From Octopus sinensis (taxonomy: Eukaryota), in the NCBI RefSeq assembly GCF_006345805.1, contig NC_043010.1, positions 56,668,001-56,732,000 on the forward strand: a stretch of DNA of 64,000 nt, written 5' to 3'. The notes beneath the pieces were generated by a model. That model ran no database searches. It had not been told where the DNA came from and worked only from the letters and a program-made list of their open reading frames with translations. Shown piece after piece: positions 26,821 to 40,560 of the stretch; the first letter of the stretch is position 1; every line of letters starts with the position of its first letter. The translations under genes and the position numbers were made by a program.

Positions 26821-29619
26821 ATGCATCTGTTAAGGATGATTGCAGTACTTTCATATTTTTGAATAATAAATGTAAGCAAGCACTCTGTGTGTGTGTGTGC
26901 GTGTGCACGTGCATGTTTGCATACCCATGCATGCACATACTCGATGTAATATATGGTGTATGTGTTCATAGCCTGTCCTTGATGATCTGAGTCTGTTAAT
27001 ATATCAACTAAACCTGTGAAATGGATGAGGTCTCTGTAGGACTTCTCTTTAACAAAATAAAATATACACTATATTATTATGCATTGAATACCCATTTGAG
27101 CTATAGTCTTTCAAGATCTATATTTCATGTGTGTGTGTGTGTGTGTGTTAGAGGAAGATGTTCTAAACGTTTAATAGCTACAGCCAGAACAGGAGAGAGA
27201 AAGTTCAGAGCTGTTACGTCTGTTGGTAATGAACTCTCTCTCTCTCTCTGAGTGAAAGTAGATTGTATGATGTTTGTGTGTGAACAACAATGCTACATGG
27301 TAATGAGACACAGGTCCTGAATGCAGAGAATGAACATGTGAAGACTAGAAAGGAATGACTCTAGTAATGCTCTTTTGGATGAACAATGTCAGTATACATG
27401 TACGACAAAGTGTTGTGTTGAGAGAAAGATTAGGCATGAGAGGAATCAGATGTAGTGTAGAAGAGAGAAGACTCTGATGGTTGGATCATGTGCTGTGTAT
27501 GAATGAGGAGAGCTGCATAAAGATGTGCTGATTGCTTAAAGTGGAGTTGGGCCTCACAGAGGACTGAGATGATTAATGGTTCACAGTGTTCGAGAAGACC
27601 CATCCATCACAGCGAAAATGAACCCCTAAAATCCTTTTGCTTATGCCTATACATGTGGAGTCTTGCACCCAATCTGTCTACACCAAGCATTTCCCACATC
27701 TTACTGACCTCCATCCCTCCATCACTCTTCTAACTATGGCACTACTTAGCTGCTGCAATCATTCGAGAGCAGAATCAGCACATATTTCATACTCCTTTTG
27801 CACTCCCAGTCATCTGCTGCTTTCCTTGAAACTGCTGTCTTTTAAACTCCATTTCTCAGTCTCTTTATCATTCCTTCACACATTTTTCATGGATCCCTTC
27901 ATTCTGTGCCTTTCAGTGATTTCTTTTTCCTCACTGGGCAACATCTTACATCTGCCATACCTCATTTTAACACCGTTTCATATCTGCCATCAATTCCCTA
28001 CCACTTTTGTCCTTCCACTCATTACAGCCACTCTCATCTACCTCTGAACCTCCATCTCTGCCACTGTTCATCTCCCTTCCCTCTCCCTCCTCTCTAGCCA
28101 TACATATATCACACTGCTGCCCTTCACTCCTCCTCTGCTGCTACCTGTCCTCTTCTCCTTCCTGAGCCACTTCTACCTCTCCTTCTCATACTGATATTAA
28201 CCTTCAACAACACTTCCATCCATATTCCTCACTCACTACATCCACATCTTACCATCTGTCACTCTCCTCTAACACTCTTATGAAATTATCCACCCTTTCC
28301 TTCCCTCCTGGCCCATTGTCCATATCCTCCCTTATACTCTGCGTCTTGTACCTTCAGACTATGCTCTGGGACTCCCTCAACACCATCTCTATCTAACCTT
28401 CCAAGTACTCTCCCTCATCCTCACATAATGTCGTGTAGCCATGTATCTCCTCTACCACAACACACCTTTGCTTGTCCTTCTGTCATACTTCAGTTTTCAA
28501 CACTGAATATAAAGCCTCTCACTCACCCTCTACATTCTCACTCAGTTGAGTGGACTTTTTCTTTTTCCTTTCTTTACTTTTCCTTGCAAATTACTTGGTC
28601 ACCTCACTAATGCTGGTGTCATGTAAAAACCACTATTATTTTTATTTACTTCTGATGTTTGTGGGTCATTATGTTTAGCCAGCAGTGAAAGTACTAAAAA
28701 AAAAGAGCATTTATTTGTGATTTCTTTTGGTAAAAGATAATTCAAGAAGTTTTGATGCTTTTAAAAATCTATCATTTACGGAGGCTAATAATAAATATGA
28801 TTTTCAACAAAAAGCTCGTTACTTGTTCATTATCACCAGTTAATATTTTTACTTTCAATAAGCAATTAGCTAGCTTTTTAACTATTTTTTTATAATTATG
28901 ACAAAACTTTTTTGTCTGTAATAAATTGCTAAAAAATATCTAAAAAAAATTACATCAAAAATTTAAAAAAAGGCCTTTTATAGTTCAATGAAGGCATATC
29001 TCTACATTCACATTTATCATTAAAAATATCTCTTGCATGGAAATTGGCCAAAAGCAACATCAAATGTGTGCAGGGCAGAAGACTGTGATAGTATGGTCAT
29101 GTGATGCAGATAGACAAGGACAGCTGTGTGTAGAAGAGCCAATTGCTGAATGTGGAAGGAACATATGGAACAGGCAGACATGGGATGATGTGATGAAGAC
29201 TGACCTCAAGATGTCGAACCTCTCAGAAGAAATGACGGGAGCACAAAATGAATGGCATTACACTGTGCTTGAGGAGATTCATTCATTTCAGCAGAATTGA
29301 GGCTCTGTCAAGCCTTCCTCCACAGCTCATCTTCTATTTTCTTCACTTCCCACTACACTGAACTGATATCTTCTGTACCCAACTCATTTCCTATCTTTAA
29401 TCATCTTTCACACTATTTTCACTCAGTGCACTTCCTCTTCTGTCTCATACCCAGACCTCAATATCTTTATCCTCTCTCTCTCTTTCTTTCTCACTTTCCA
29501 AGTGGCAAAGCTGTTATTCACCTCTTCAGCAAGACACCCGCTCCTCTCTCTCTATCATAGTATTTTTTCTCCAGTCTGTACCCTGCTTAGTTCAGGAGTC
29601 TTATTTTGAAGGTACCGAT

Positions 29620-29815
29620 GCTACTGCCACATAAAAAACATCCAGTACACCCTGTTAAGTGGTAGGCATTAGGAAGGGCATCCAACTGTAGAAACCATGC
29701 CAAAGTAGGCACAGAACCTGGAGTAGCCCTCTGACTCGTCTGTTCTTGTTGAACCCTCAAATCCATGCCAATAAGGGAAAAGGGATGTTAAATGATGATG
29801 ATGATGATGATGATG
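29620..29815 (+). mobile_element. Solo RTE 3'-end fragment
   Basis: TTAGGAAGGGCATCCAACTGTAGAAACC...(GAT)n. Confidence 0.8.
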
Positions 29816-29912
29816 GCTTTTCTAATCTTGATGTAATAGATGTAAAAGCAAAAGTGCACCATTATCTGTTCCGATATCAACTCAGCTGATGCTTTAATTC
29901 TGGACCTTTCAG

Positions 29913-30010
29913 AATTTCCTTTCCAGTTACATTCCAGTTGTGAAGAATACAGGTCAAGACAATCGAGGGCCTTCAAAAATTATTTCAGCCGAAGATGAAT
30001 GCAAAGAATG
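29913..30010 (+). CDS. Candidate internal exon (NFLSSYIPVVKNTGQDNRGPSKIISAEDECKE)
   Basis: Acceptor tctggacctttcag and donor ATG|gtgaaa. The phase-0 start is compatible with exon 12597-12681. The frame closes 4 codons upstream. Confidence 0.28.
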
Positions 30011-30566
30011 GTGAAATTATTGATTGAAAAGAATAATACTAAACATGAAATGTGTGCTTTCGAAATTTAGATTAATCTTACAAATTTCCTGAAAATAATT
30101 AAATTTCTGATAAAATTTGTAAATCATTAGACTATACCATCACTACTAAAAAGTTATAAAAATTCAAGTGATGGAAAACAGACTTTAAATGATGATGATG
30201 ATGATGATGTAATCACACAAACACACACACACACATATTTCGTGTCATCATCAAAATTTAACATCTGCTTTCCATGCTGGCATGGGTTAAATGGTTTGAC
30301 GGGATTTAGTGAGCCATAAGGCCACATTGAGCCCCAATATCAACTTTGACATGGTTGCATGCCCTTCCTAACACCAACCACTTTACAGAGTGCACTGAAA
30401 GGTTTTTTCATGGCAAGGGGTCAAGGGGTCAAGTGGCTGTGTAACTTGCAAAATAAAAAAAAGAACAGGGAAGAAGGGAAAGTAAAAAGTTCCCACTACT
30501 AAGTGGGAAGTGTTTGAGAGGGGAAGGTGTTGAAAGGCTTAAGTTTGATAGAGGGACAATGTACAG

Positions 30567-32087
30567 GTGTCTTGCTATAGAGGAGATACATGTCTACCCC
30601 ACATGGCTGCTAGATATTGCAGCAACAGGTTGATGCAGTTCGGATTTGTGTCAGGCAGGAGCATATCTGATGCTATATTCCTAGTTAGGCAACTGCAGGA
30701 GAAATATGTAACCAAAAATAAGCCTCTATACCTGGCTTTTGTTGACATGGAGAAAGCCTTTGACAGAGTCCCCTGCTCCCTTATCTGATGATCAATGCAG
30801 AAACTAGGGATAGATGATTGGTTAGTGAGAGCAGTACAAGCCATGTACAGGGATGCTACCAGTAAGGTGAAGGTTGGCAACGAGTATAGCCATGAATTCA
30901 GTGTACAGGTAGGAGTCCACCAAGGCTCAGTTCTCAAACCCCTTCCTGTTTATCTTAGTCTTCCAGTTTTCCAGGCTTTAACGGAGGAATTCAAGACCAG
31001 CTGTCCCTGGGAGCTCCTCTACACTGATGACCATGTTCTTATTACTGAATTACTACATGACCTAGAGAAGAAATTTCAGGTGTGGAAACAAGGCCTGGAC
31101 ACATAAGAGGTGCAGGGGTATCAAAGGAAGGTTAATAGAGAATATAGTCTTTGTGTGTAACAAATGCGCAGGTACAATAAGCACTAAAATTACGCAGACA
31201 ATAGACTCAAATGCTCAGGTGGATCATTAGAAGTAGTAAATAGTTTCTTTGCCTAGGAGACCAAGTTAGCAGTGGAGGAGAGAGTTCTGAAAGTGTAGTT
31301 GCTAGGATAGGAACGGGCTGCATGAAGTTCAGAGAGCTCCTACCTTTGTTGGTAACTAGGGCCTTGTCCTCAGAGTGAATGACAGATTGTATGAGGCCGG
31401 TGTACATACAGTTATGTTACATGGCAGTGAAACATGGGCTTTGACAACAGAGGACTTGTGAAGGCTTGAAAGAACTGAAACTAGCATGCTCTGCTGGATG
31501 GGTAATGTCAGGGTGCACATATGACAGAGTGGAAATGATTAAAGAAGGAAACCGGTATACGAAGCAAGAGAGAAGACTCTGTTGGTTTGGTCATGTCATG
31601 CATATGGATGAGGAGAGCTGCATAAAGATGTGCTGAGCTCTAATTGTGGAGGGAACTTGTGGAAGGGGTAGACCCAGGAAGACATGGGATAAAGTGGTGA
31701 GAAAGGATCTTCGCTTGCTGGGCCTCACTGAGGAAGTGACAAGGGACCAGGAGATGTGGTGATTTGCTGTACTTGATAAGATGCATCAAGCTAAGTAAAA
31801 TTGCTGTCTTCCACACTTACAGGTTAGTCTTTCCAGCTGCTGGTGCCACTTCAAAGGCACCTGGGCTGGTGCTGCATTAACCCACCCATGCTGGTGCTGT
31901 GTCGATGTACATGGACTGGTGCTGCATTAACACATGTGCTGGTGCTACATAATTGCACCCGTGCTGGTGGCACATAAAAAGCATCCAGCCATAGAAACCA
32001 TGCCACAACAGTCTGGACATCTCCCAGTTTGCCAGCTCCATGTCAAACCATCCACCCCATACCAGCATGGAGAGTAGGCAGTAAATG

Positions 32088-32132
<45 letters not shown>

Positions 32133-32135
32133 TTA
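30567..32135 (+). mobile_element. 5'-truncated RTE-clade LINE
   Basis: MQFGFVSGRS, AFVDMEKAFDRVP, VGVHQGSVL, PWELLYTDD. Family 3'UTR and an (ATT)n tail. An inverted family 3' end lies just upstream (~30240-30420). Confidence 0.9.
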
Positions 32136-32670
32136 AACACTGGGTAGTTTCAAGAAAATTTCCCCTTTAGCACCTGCTACATCTCTGTGATGCTGGAGTG
32201 TAGGCAGTATTGTGCGTTCTTTTGTTGCTGGGAGAGTGCAAACTCTTCCCGCTATTGCGTCATTTTTTTTTTTATGGAGTCTGGTTGCAGTCTTTTGTTG
32301 TATTAGTGTTTGTATTAGGGATCCACTGTTCCAACAAAGGATTATTTAAGTATAAAAGTTTTCAAAAATGAAAATGTGTCATTATATGGCGAATCACCCA
32401 GTATTATGTAATAAATTAGCATTTGGACCATTAAATTACTTTTCATCAACAATCCCTTTATTTGTTGTCCATATGAGAATTAAAACCAAATACAAGAAAA
32501 TGAAAATATATTTGTATGGGACAATAAACATGAAGATTGCTCTGTCTTTGTACCTCTGGGAATATATTATTCAATGTGCTTTTGCTTTGTTAAGAAGTTA
32601 GGATGTGATCTGAGAAAGATTTGGGTGCTATTTTTAGCAGGTGGAGCAATGATATAGCATTGGTTCTTAA

Positions 32671-33974
32671 CAAAAATGGGCACCGTTAATTGAAAAGTTA
32701 ACTTTGTTAACCGTTTAATCTGTTAACCAAAAAGTTAACTTCAATAACAGTTAATCAGTTAATTCTTTAAAAATGTAATGGAAGTTATCGAAAAACTGTT
32801 AATGTTAATTTTTATTATAGAAAAAGCAAAAAAAAAAAAATCAGTTTTTGCTCTAAAACCACCTAAAAACATTTAAAATGTGCCAAAACTATAAAATCAG
32901 CCTTTTTTTTGGCCCTTTTAAGGGCTTTAGAACCCAAAAACTGTAGTTTTTTTTTTGGCTTTATAGTTAAAAAATGCTGATTTTATATTTTTAACTTTTA
33001 AAAGACCTAAAATGGCTGATTTCCTAGTTTTGGCTCTTTTTTAGGGTTTTAAAGGCTTTTAGAGCCAGAAAAGAGTAAAAAAAAAAAACTCAAATGAAAC
33101 ACAATATTCGTATTAAAGTAAAAAAGTTTATTGACAAACTGATTGTAAAAACAAAATGAAAAGTACAATATAGACATAATTTAATTTTTCCTCTTCTCGT
33201 TCTCCATTTAGTTCATGTGATGCATGTTGCCCTTCATGAAAATTAGTATGTCAAAGTTTTCATGAGAAAGGGATGATCTCTTGGTCCTCAAGATGTCCTT
33301 GCCATAGAGAACAAACACTCCACTGCAGCACTAGAGGGGATGGCTGTGTCGAACTTGATGAACAAGTCCACCAACACTTGCTCACCCAAGAAGACAGCAT
33401 CTGCCACCAAGTCCTTGGAGTTAGTTTCTAACCAGGTCTTGACCAAATTCTGGGCCTTGTCTTTGAGTGACCTGTGGCTCCTGCTGCTCTCTTTTGGTTG
33501 GGTGACACCATTGAAGTCATCCTCCTCCTCTTTGTTGCTGTTCACTTTGTCAGACTGCTGTCTCATGGCCTCCTTGACCTTACCTTCCATGCTTTTTCTC
33601 ACCTTGGCAGCCATATCCATACTTATCCAACCAGATGAGGTGAAACCTGGGGTGGAAGGTAGCAGCCAGCTGGCATTCTTCATCCTCCAGGAGGGTCCAA
33701 AACCTTTTGTCGATGCCTGCCAAAAATGCATCAACCAAGGGGCTGCAGTAGACGAGGCCCTTGGACTTCAAGTCCTTGAGCCTAAAGATCATCACAGCAA
33801 CTTAAGTTAACAGAAATTTAACCAAGTGAACTTGAGTTAACGGAAGTTAAATGTAACAGAAATTAATTAGTGTGATTATGATTTCCAAAATTAACTTGTA
33901 AGTTAAATTGTTAATGAAAATGTTAACTTTATTAATTAACCATTAATGGATTAACAGTTTGGTGGCCAGATTTG
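32671..33974 (-). mobile_element. Non-autonomous hAT DNA transposon (retains the C-terminal dimerisation domain)
   Basis: 8-bp TSD GTTCTTAA at 32663-32670 and 33975-33982. TIRs CAAAAATGGGCACC / GGTGGCCAGATTTG. Subterminal GTTAAC arrays. Minus-strand ORF 33288-33734 with LFIKFDTAIPSSAAVECLFS. Confidence 0.9.
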
Positions 33975-35829
33975 GTTCTTAACTAGTATGCCATTCCAGA
34001 TGCATGACAAACGGTATCTAGAATACTGTAGATTCTGTAAAATAAAAATTTTGGATGTGAACATCTTGAAAATATATTATTAATCATAAAACCAATAATA
34101 ATAAAGTAAATAGTAATGAAACAATAATAAAATAAAATAAACAATAATTTTCATAACATTTTTACTAAATTTTGTAATTTAAAACAGTTTTTTAAACTTT
34201 CCATGTGAAATACAATTATTTGTTACATTGTCTGATCCAGAAAGTGAAACCACTGAAGTCAGCTGAAATGGTTTTAATAAAATAACATTCTGTATTACTT
34301 CAGAAAAACTAAGGAACAAATGAAACTGAATGCTTTTATTTGGAATTTAAGTCAAAAGAAAAAGTTGATCCTTTTCATATAAGAAACACTTGCAAGAATT
34401 GTGTTTGGCCTGATCATCATTGAGGAGTGTTGACTGAAAGGAATTATGTCCAACTGGATATTTATAATATGAGAAATAGTGGAAGAATTGTAGGGAGACT
34501 AATTTTATAATTGCATGTTTAGACTTTCTCTGAAAATGGCTTAACACAAAAGTGTCTAATGATTGGTTATGCAACCATTCCTGTGACACTGAAATACTTT
34601 GTTGAGTCAGGCATTTGGATTGGTCTAGTTTTATATGGGATACAGAGTGCATATGCAATCACATTGCGTAACAAGCCAGCAAACACAGCAAATTCTAAAT
34701 GTTTGTTTGAGCCATTTTTTGTTCATAAATAGCATGAAGTTTTTCATTTTATCAGAGAGGAGAATTTGTTTTCAGGAAGTTATGTCACATTATTTTCCTT
34801 CCTGTTGAAGTATGGGTAACCAAGTTCAACTGAGTTTGAAAAGCCATCTATGAATGATTTTCTACAATCCACATTTCTTTGTGATGTATTTTTATTTGTA
34901 TAATTTTATTTAGCTGAAGAATAAAGTGTCACTGTTAATTGAAAGATCATTTTTGGTATTATTTCCATAATTTTACATGAAACTCACAAGAAAAAAGATT
35001 TGTATTAATAGGGCCAGAGGCACAATCTTCCAGCTAAAGAATAATTAACTTTCTTGCATTATTGGGATTAATTAATAATCCAGTGACATGGCTGTAATGA
35101 GCCATTCCATTTGGCAAATCACCATACATGTTCAAACAGAAAAGTTTTGAGGGGTTGTGTTTGTAAGTATTATCTCATATCCCCCTGGCTTGTGTTGTAG
35201 AAACTCATATATTGGTTGGCAGCAGGTGAGTGTAAACAATATATTGTTTTGGAACAGAGTGGTGTCAGAAGAGAAGTATTAGTTAATTAGTGTAACGATT
35301 TTATACTAAGTGATGTGTATTGACCTTTCTGTAGAAATTGGTAGAAATGGTTCAACTACAGAGATAGATGAGGGAGAATTCATATACTATATTGTAGTTA
35401 TTATTATTAAGAAGAGCCCTGGTTTCTTGGCATAGTGAGACACAACAGCAGCCTTAAAAGTGTCCTTGTGCTTGTTCTTGATTGAAATGCTGAGATAGCA
35501 TTGCCAATGATCATTGATTACATATAGCCTGGTATATATGTTAAAACTGATTGTTGGTGGATTTATCAATGATTGCCAAATTCATGATAACTGTAAATCT
35601 CAGCCTTTATTTGGAAGATGCAAGAGATGTTTTAAGCCAGAGAAACACAACTGAAAGAACATGGAGTCATGTAAGAAGCAAATATTGGGCCATAAATGAC
35701 ATATTAGACCAGCTTTTTTTTTACACATATTTGCAAGAATTGACTTATTGACAGTCACACAAAGGAAATGTTTTTCATGATTTGTTAAATACTTTCCACA
35801 GTATTATCCTGTCTTATTCTCATATTTTA

Positions 35830-36208
35830 GTTCAATATTTTATAAAATGTATGAGAAGACCCGTCAAACCAAGTGAAATTGTAGTCGTGGTTGATGCTGG
35901 CATCCTGTAACTGGCCCCTGTGCCAGTGGAACATAAAAATACCTTTTGAGTGTTGGGCCTCTCGAAGGCAATGACCAAGACCTTTGGCATTATGTTGTGC
36001 TTGAGAAAAAAAACAAAAACACATCAAGCCAAGCAAAATCACACCCATTACACTTTTGGAGTGGTTGGTGTTAGGAAGGGCATCCAGCTGTAGAAACCAT
36101 GTCAAATCAGACTGGAGTCTGGTGCAGCCTTCTAGCTTGTCAGCCCTGGTCAAACCGTTCAACTCATGCCAGCATGGACAACGGACGTTAAATGATGATG
36201 ATGATGAT
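35830..36208 (+). mobile_element. Solo RTE 3'UTR fragment
   Basis: GAGAAGACCCGTCAAACCAAGTG...TTAGGAAGGGCATCCAGC...(GAT)n. Confidence 0.85.
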
Positions 36209-36209
36209 G

Positions 36210-38142
36210 TAATAAATCAAAAGCCCTTCATTAAAAATCGTATTTTACTATTATCGTTTTATTTGTATACTTTATATTTCATTTCAAGGAAAACGATTCT
36301 TTCGTTTCCCAGCAAATGACGATTTTTCACACTTCTGTGGTTTCACTATCGGCATCATAAAACGAAACATTAATCGTTGTTCGATGTCCAGTACGTAAAA
36401 AGAAAAGAAAAAGAGAGAAAAAGAAAGATGACGAGTGCTATATAGTAATAGTTCTATAATATAGAATATATATATATACGAAAAGGACTCTACACAGTAA
36501 GGGAATCGAACAAATTGCTTTGTGGGATTTACTCCAGCCCTATACGTCCTGAGTTCAAACCCGTTGAAGTCATCTTAATGTTTCATCCTTTGATAAAACA
36601 ATCCAGAAGAATTGGCTGAATGTTTAGAACGTCGACGAAATAATTTTGCGGTATTTAAGTCGGTTCTTTACGTTTTGAGTTCGCAGGTAAATATAACATG
36701 GATGCCACCAAGGGCCGCTCGTCGACCGCAAGAAAAGAACGATTATTCTGTAGTGATGCTATATAAACGAACGTCAATGACTAAATTCATTGGTTCGATC
36801 CCACTATGTGGTACAGCTGCGGTCTTCTGTCATCTATCAAAGTATTATGAAGGAAATCTGTGTGGAAACCCATTAGAAGGAAGATTCCTGGTCTTAATGA
36901 CAGACTTGTCATCATCAACTGATCCTTATGTTTTTAATTTGGTACTATCTGTTGTTTGGTCGGAAGATAGCCATGACCCTTCTTCCGACTGGTCACAGAG
37001 ATTCTAGAAAAGGGTCATGGACACTAATTTTCCTCTTCTGACAAAGAAATTACAGAAAAAAAAAAACGAAACAAAAAACAAATACAATGACCTTTTCCCC
37101 AAACAGGGCTGCCTATATAAAGTTATAACTTTATATAAGTTTTTCTATTATAGATGCAATTCTTATTAAGTGCCATTTTTATCAGAGAATTATTAAAGAT
37201 ATTAATATTTATGATGATATAGATATAATGATATAAATTTCGAAAATAAATGATTTCATAATTAACTTTTAATTGGGAAAGCAATTTACGATGAAACGGT
37301 CACTGGATTGAGATTATTTTTTGTTAGTAATTTTTAAAAAATGATGAATATGTAATATTATTAGTTTCTAAAAAAATTCCTTTGTTAAAAGTATAAAATG
37401 AATTTATGAGAATATCGTTGAAGAAAAAAGAAAATAGATATCACGGTCATACGGAGTTAACCGAAGCATCAAAAGTGTCTGGCTGAGACAAAATGTTGGT
37501 GTCTGATGTCGACTTGCGTCAACTGACGATGAAATATTTCCGAGAAAACATTTGCAAGTTCAGTATTTCCGACAGAAGAAGAAGCTACAGAATGAAAAAA
37601 AATAACATCTATTCATGTCGATTAAAATGAAACAGTGCCGAGCGTTCTTTTCTGGCAATTCCAGGCCATTGACGTCTTTGAGCCAGCGACCAACACAAAA
37701 CCAATCAAGACATTTTCTACGATTTTAATTACCAGAAGCTTGTTGCCATTTCTTAATAATTATAAACAGTTATTCAAGAAAAACGGTTTATGATGAAAGA
37801 AATTTATATTTTCTTGAAATTTTCGTTGAATGTCTAAGAAGAGAAGTTTCACAGAGTGACCAGACGACAGGTAAATGTCGGTCTTTATTTCCTTCTCACT
37901 TGCTTTCAGTAGTTTAATAAAAGTGTTTATGATGGCCTGTCATAAAGTCACAATTTATGGGATCTGGACAAAACACCCTCGGACAACCCCCCGCTCCCGG
38001 ACAAAACCCCTTTGACTTTATTACCGTGACTTTCTGGTTTTTTTTTTTTACCTGGATTCAATGTGGCGAAATAGGGACGTTTGAGGTAGTGATTGATTGC
38101 TAGACATATATACCTTACTGACAATCGTGTGTGCATGCGCGC

Positions 38143-38150
<8 letters not shown>
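36210..38150. promoter_or_regulatory. CpG-retaining, promoter-like region with a candidate first exon (~37440-37870, +)
   Basis: CG dinucleotides are visibly frequent here but depleted in the flanks. Strong donor ACAG|gtaaat at 37870/37871. No long ORF. Confidence 0.4.
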
Positions 38151-38186
<36 letters not shown>

Positions 38187-38204
38187 AAGGTAAAGGGGGT
38201 TAGG

Positions 38205-38294
<90 letters not shown>

Positions 38295-38299
38295 CTATG

Positions 38300-38475
38300 T
38301 CTGTGTTTGTTTCCCCACCCTTGACAAGTTTGGTGTCTTTATGTCCCTATAACTTAGCGCTTCAGCAAAAAAAGACCCGTGGAATTAGTAGCAGGCTTAA
38401 AAAGAAAATAGGATTGAAATTCTTCAACAGTGCTCCAGCGTGATTGCTGTCTAATGAATGAAACAAGTAAATGGT
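38300..38475 (+). mobile_element. SINE 3' half ending GTGCTCCAGC...TGAAACAAGTAAA
   Basis: Follows a (TG)n tract; its tail matches 3085-3135. Confidence 0.6.
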
Positions 38476-38499
38476 AAAATGTATTTATTTATGTGTGTA

Positions 38500-40560
38500 T
38501 GAGGAAGTTTGCCAATGTTTTGCGTCCTGAGGATCAAAGTCTCAAGTGTTTCAGATTGTCAGGGAAAATCATGGATGATGGCTCACTTGCAGTTAGTGAT
38601 TCTGCAAAGGGGACCTGAAAGTGTCACTATGAAAGGCTGCTAAATGTAGAGAATGCATGGGAGAAAGAGTGCCTGCCCATTGTGGACCCAACAGTGGGGC
38701 CGGCTATTTAAATTGACAGTTGCTTAGTAGATAAAGTAGTTAAGGATATGAAGACTGGGAAAACCTCTGGCCCATCGGCACTCACTGCTGGGATGCTTAA
38801 AATCTCTGGCGAGGTGGGATATAACCTGGTTGCTTGTATAGTTAATCAGGTTGCCCACAAGGGAATCATATCCAATGATTGGAGTAGCAGCATTATAGTC
38901 AATTGCTATAAAGGCAATGGTGATGCCCGAGATGAAAATAATTACAGAGGTATCATATTGCTGGACCAGGTGATGAAAGTTGCAGAAAGAGTCACAGCTC
39001 AGTCAGTTAGGAAGAAAGTTTGCATAGATGAGATGCAGTTTGGATTTGTGTCAGGGAAAAGCACCACCAATGCTATCTTCCTGATGAGGCAACTGCAGGA
39101 GAAATACTTAGCCACAAATAAACCTCTGTTTCTGGCTTTTGTTGACATGGAGAAAGCCTTTGATAGGGTCCCCTGCTCCCTCATATGGTGGGCAATGTAG
39201 AAGCTACAGATAGATGAGTGGTTAGTGAGAGGTGTGCCAGCCATGTACAGGAATGTCGTTAGTAAGGTGAGAATCGCTAATGAGTATAGCAAGGAGTTTA
39301 GTGTAGAAGTAAGAGTCCATTAGGGTTTGGTTCTTAGCTCCCTCTTATTTATTATGCCCCCCCCCCGACTATAACAGAGGAATTCAAGACTGGCTGCCCC
39401 TGAGAGCTCCTCTAAGCTGATGATCTTGTTCTTATTGCTGAATCACTACTAGAACTAAGGAAAAAATTTCAGGTGTGGAAGCAAGGTCTGAATCAGGACC
39501 AAAGTAGACAAATTGCAGGTACCTTCTGGGAGATGGTCCTGCTCGATATGTAGAAAAGGTGTCAGGAGAAACTCCATCAGGTGTACTCAGTGCAAGCTAT
39601 GGACACATAAAGAGGTGCAGCGGAATTACTGGATGACTAATGGAGAAAGTAGTCTTTATATGTGGCAGATGTACACCTACATTAGACACCAGGAATGTAC
39701 AAAAAATGGCCTCCCTTGTATGCCTGGGAGGATCCCTAGAAGTAGTAGATAGTTTCTGTTAGTTGTGGGAGTGGTTGTTCTGAAAACATAACTGCTAGAA
39801 TAAGAATAGGCTGAGCGAAGTTCAGAGAGCTACTACCTCTGTTAGTAATGAAGGGCCTCTCTCTCAGAGTGAAAGGTAGATTGGACTGCTATGCTACATT
39901 GCAGTGAGACATGGGCTGTGACTACTGAGGAGATGTGAAAACTTGAAAGAAACAAAGCCAGTATGCTTTGCTGGATGGGTAATGTCAGTGTGCATATACA
40001 ACAGAGTGTAGATGATTTGAGAGAAAAACTGGGTATACATAACATCAAATGTAGTGCACAAGAGAGAAGACTGTGCTGGTATGGCCATGTAATGCATATG
40101 AACAGAGACAGTTGCATAAAGAGGTGCTGATCTCTAATTGTAGAAGAAACATGTAGAAGGGGTAAACTGAGGAAGACGTGGACAAAGTGGTGAGAAAGGA
40201 TCTACAAATGTTGGAACTCACAGAGAGGAGGACATGGGGCTGAGACTCTTGGTGGTTTGCTGTGCTTGAAAAGACAGGTCATGCTAAAAGCGTGGTTGTT
40301 CTTGCATACAGGCTTGTACCCTTCAATCCTCTCTAGCTGAGCATCTCTAAACTTGCTGGCTTGTAAGTGCTAATGCCATGTAAAAAGCACCTTGTACACT
40401 CTGTAAAGTGGTTGGTGTTAGGAAGGGCATCCCGCCATAGAAACCATGCCAAAACAGACATGGAGCCTGAACAGTCCTTCAGCTGGTCAGTTTCTGTCAA
40501 AACATCCAACCCATGCCAGCATTGAAAACGGACATTAAATGATGATGAAGATGAAGATGT
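38500..40560 (+). mobile_element. 5'-truncated, degenerate RTE-clade LINE
   Basis: KTSGPSA, NCYKGNGDA..NYRGIILL, DEMQFGFVSG, AFVDMEKAFDRVP, CSICRKG..CTQCKLW. Family 3' end with a (GAT/GAA)n tail. Confidence 0.9.

Noticed and set aside
27640-28610. Strongly pyrimidine-skewed stretch with ORFs
   Set aside because: Low-complexity C/T-rich sequence with no recognisable motifs, probably decayed repeat DNA.
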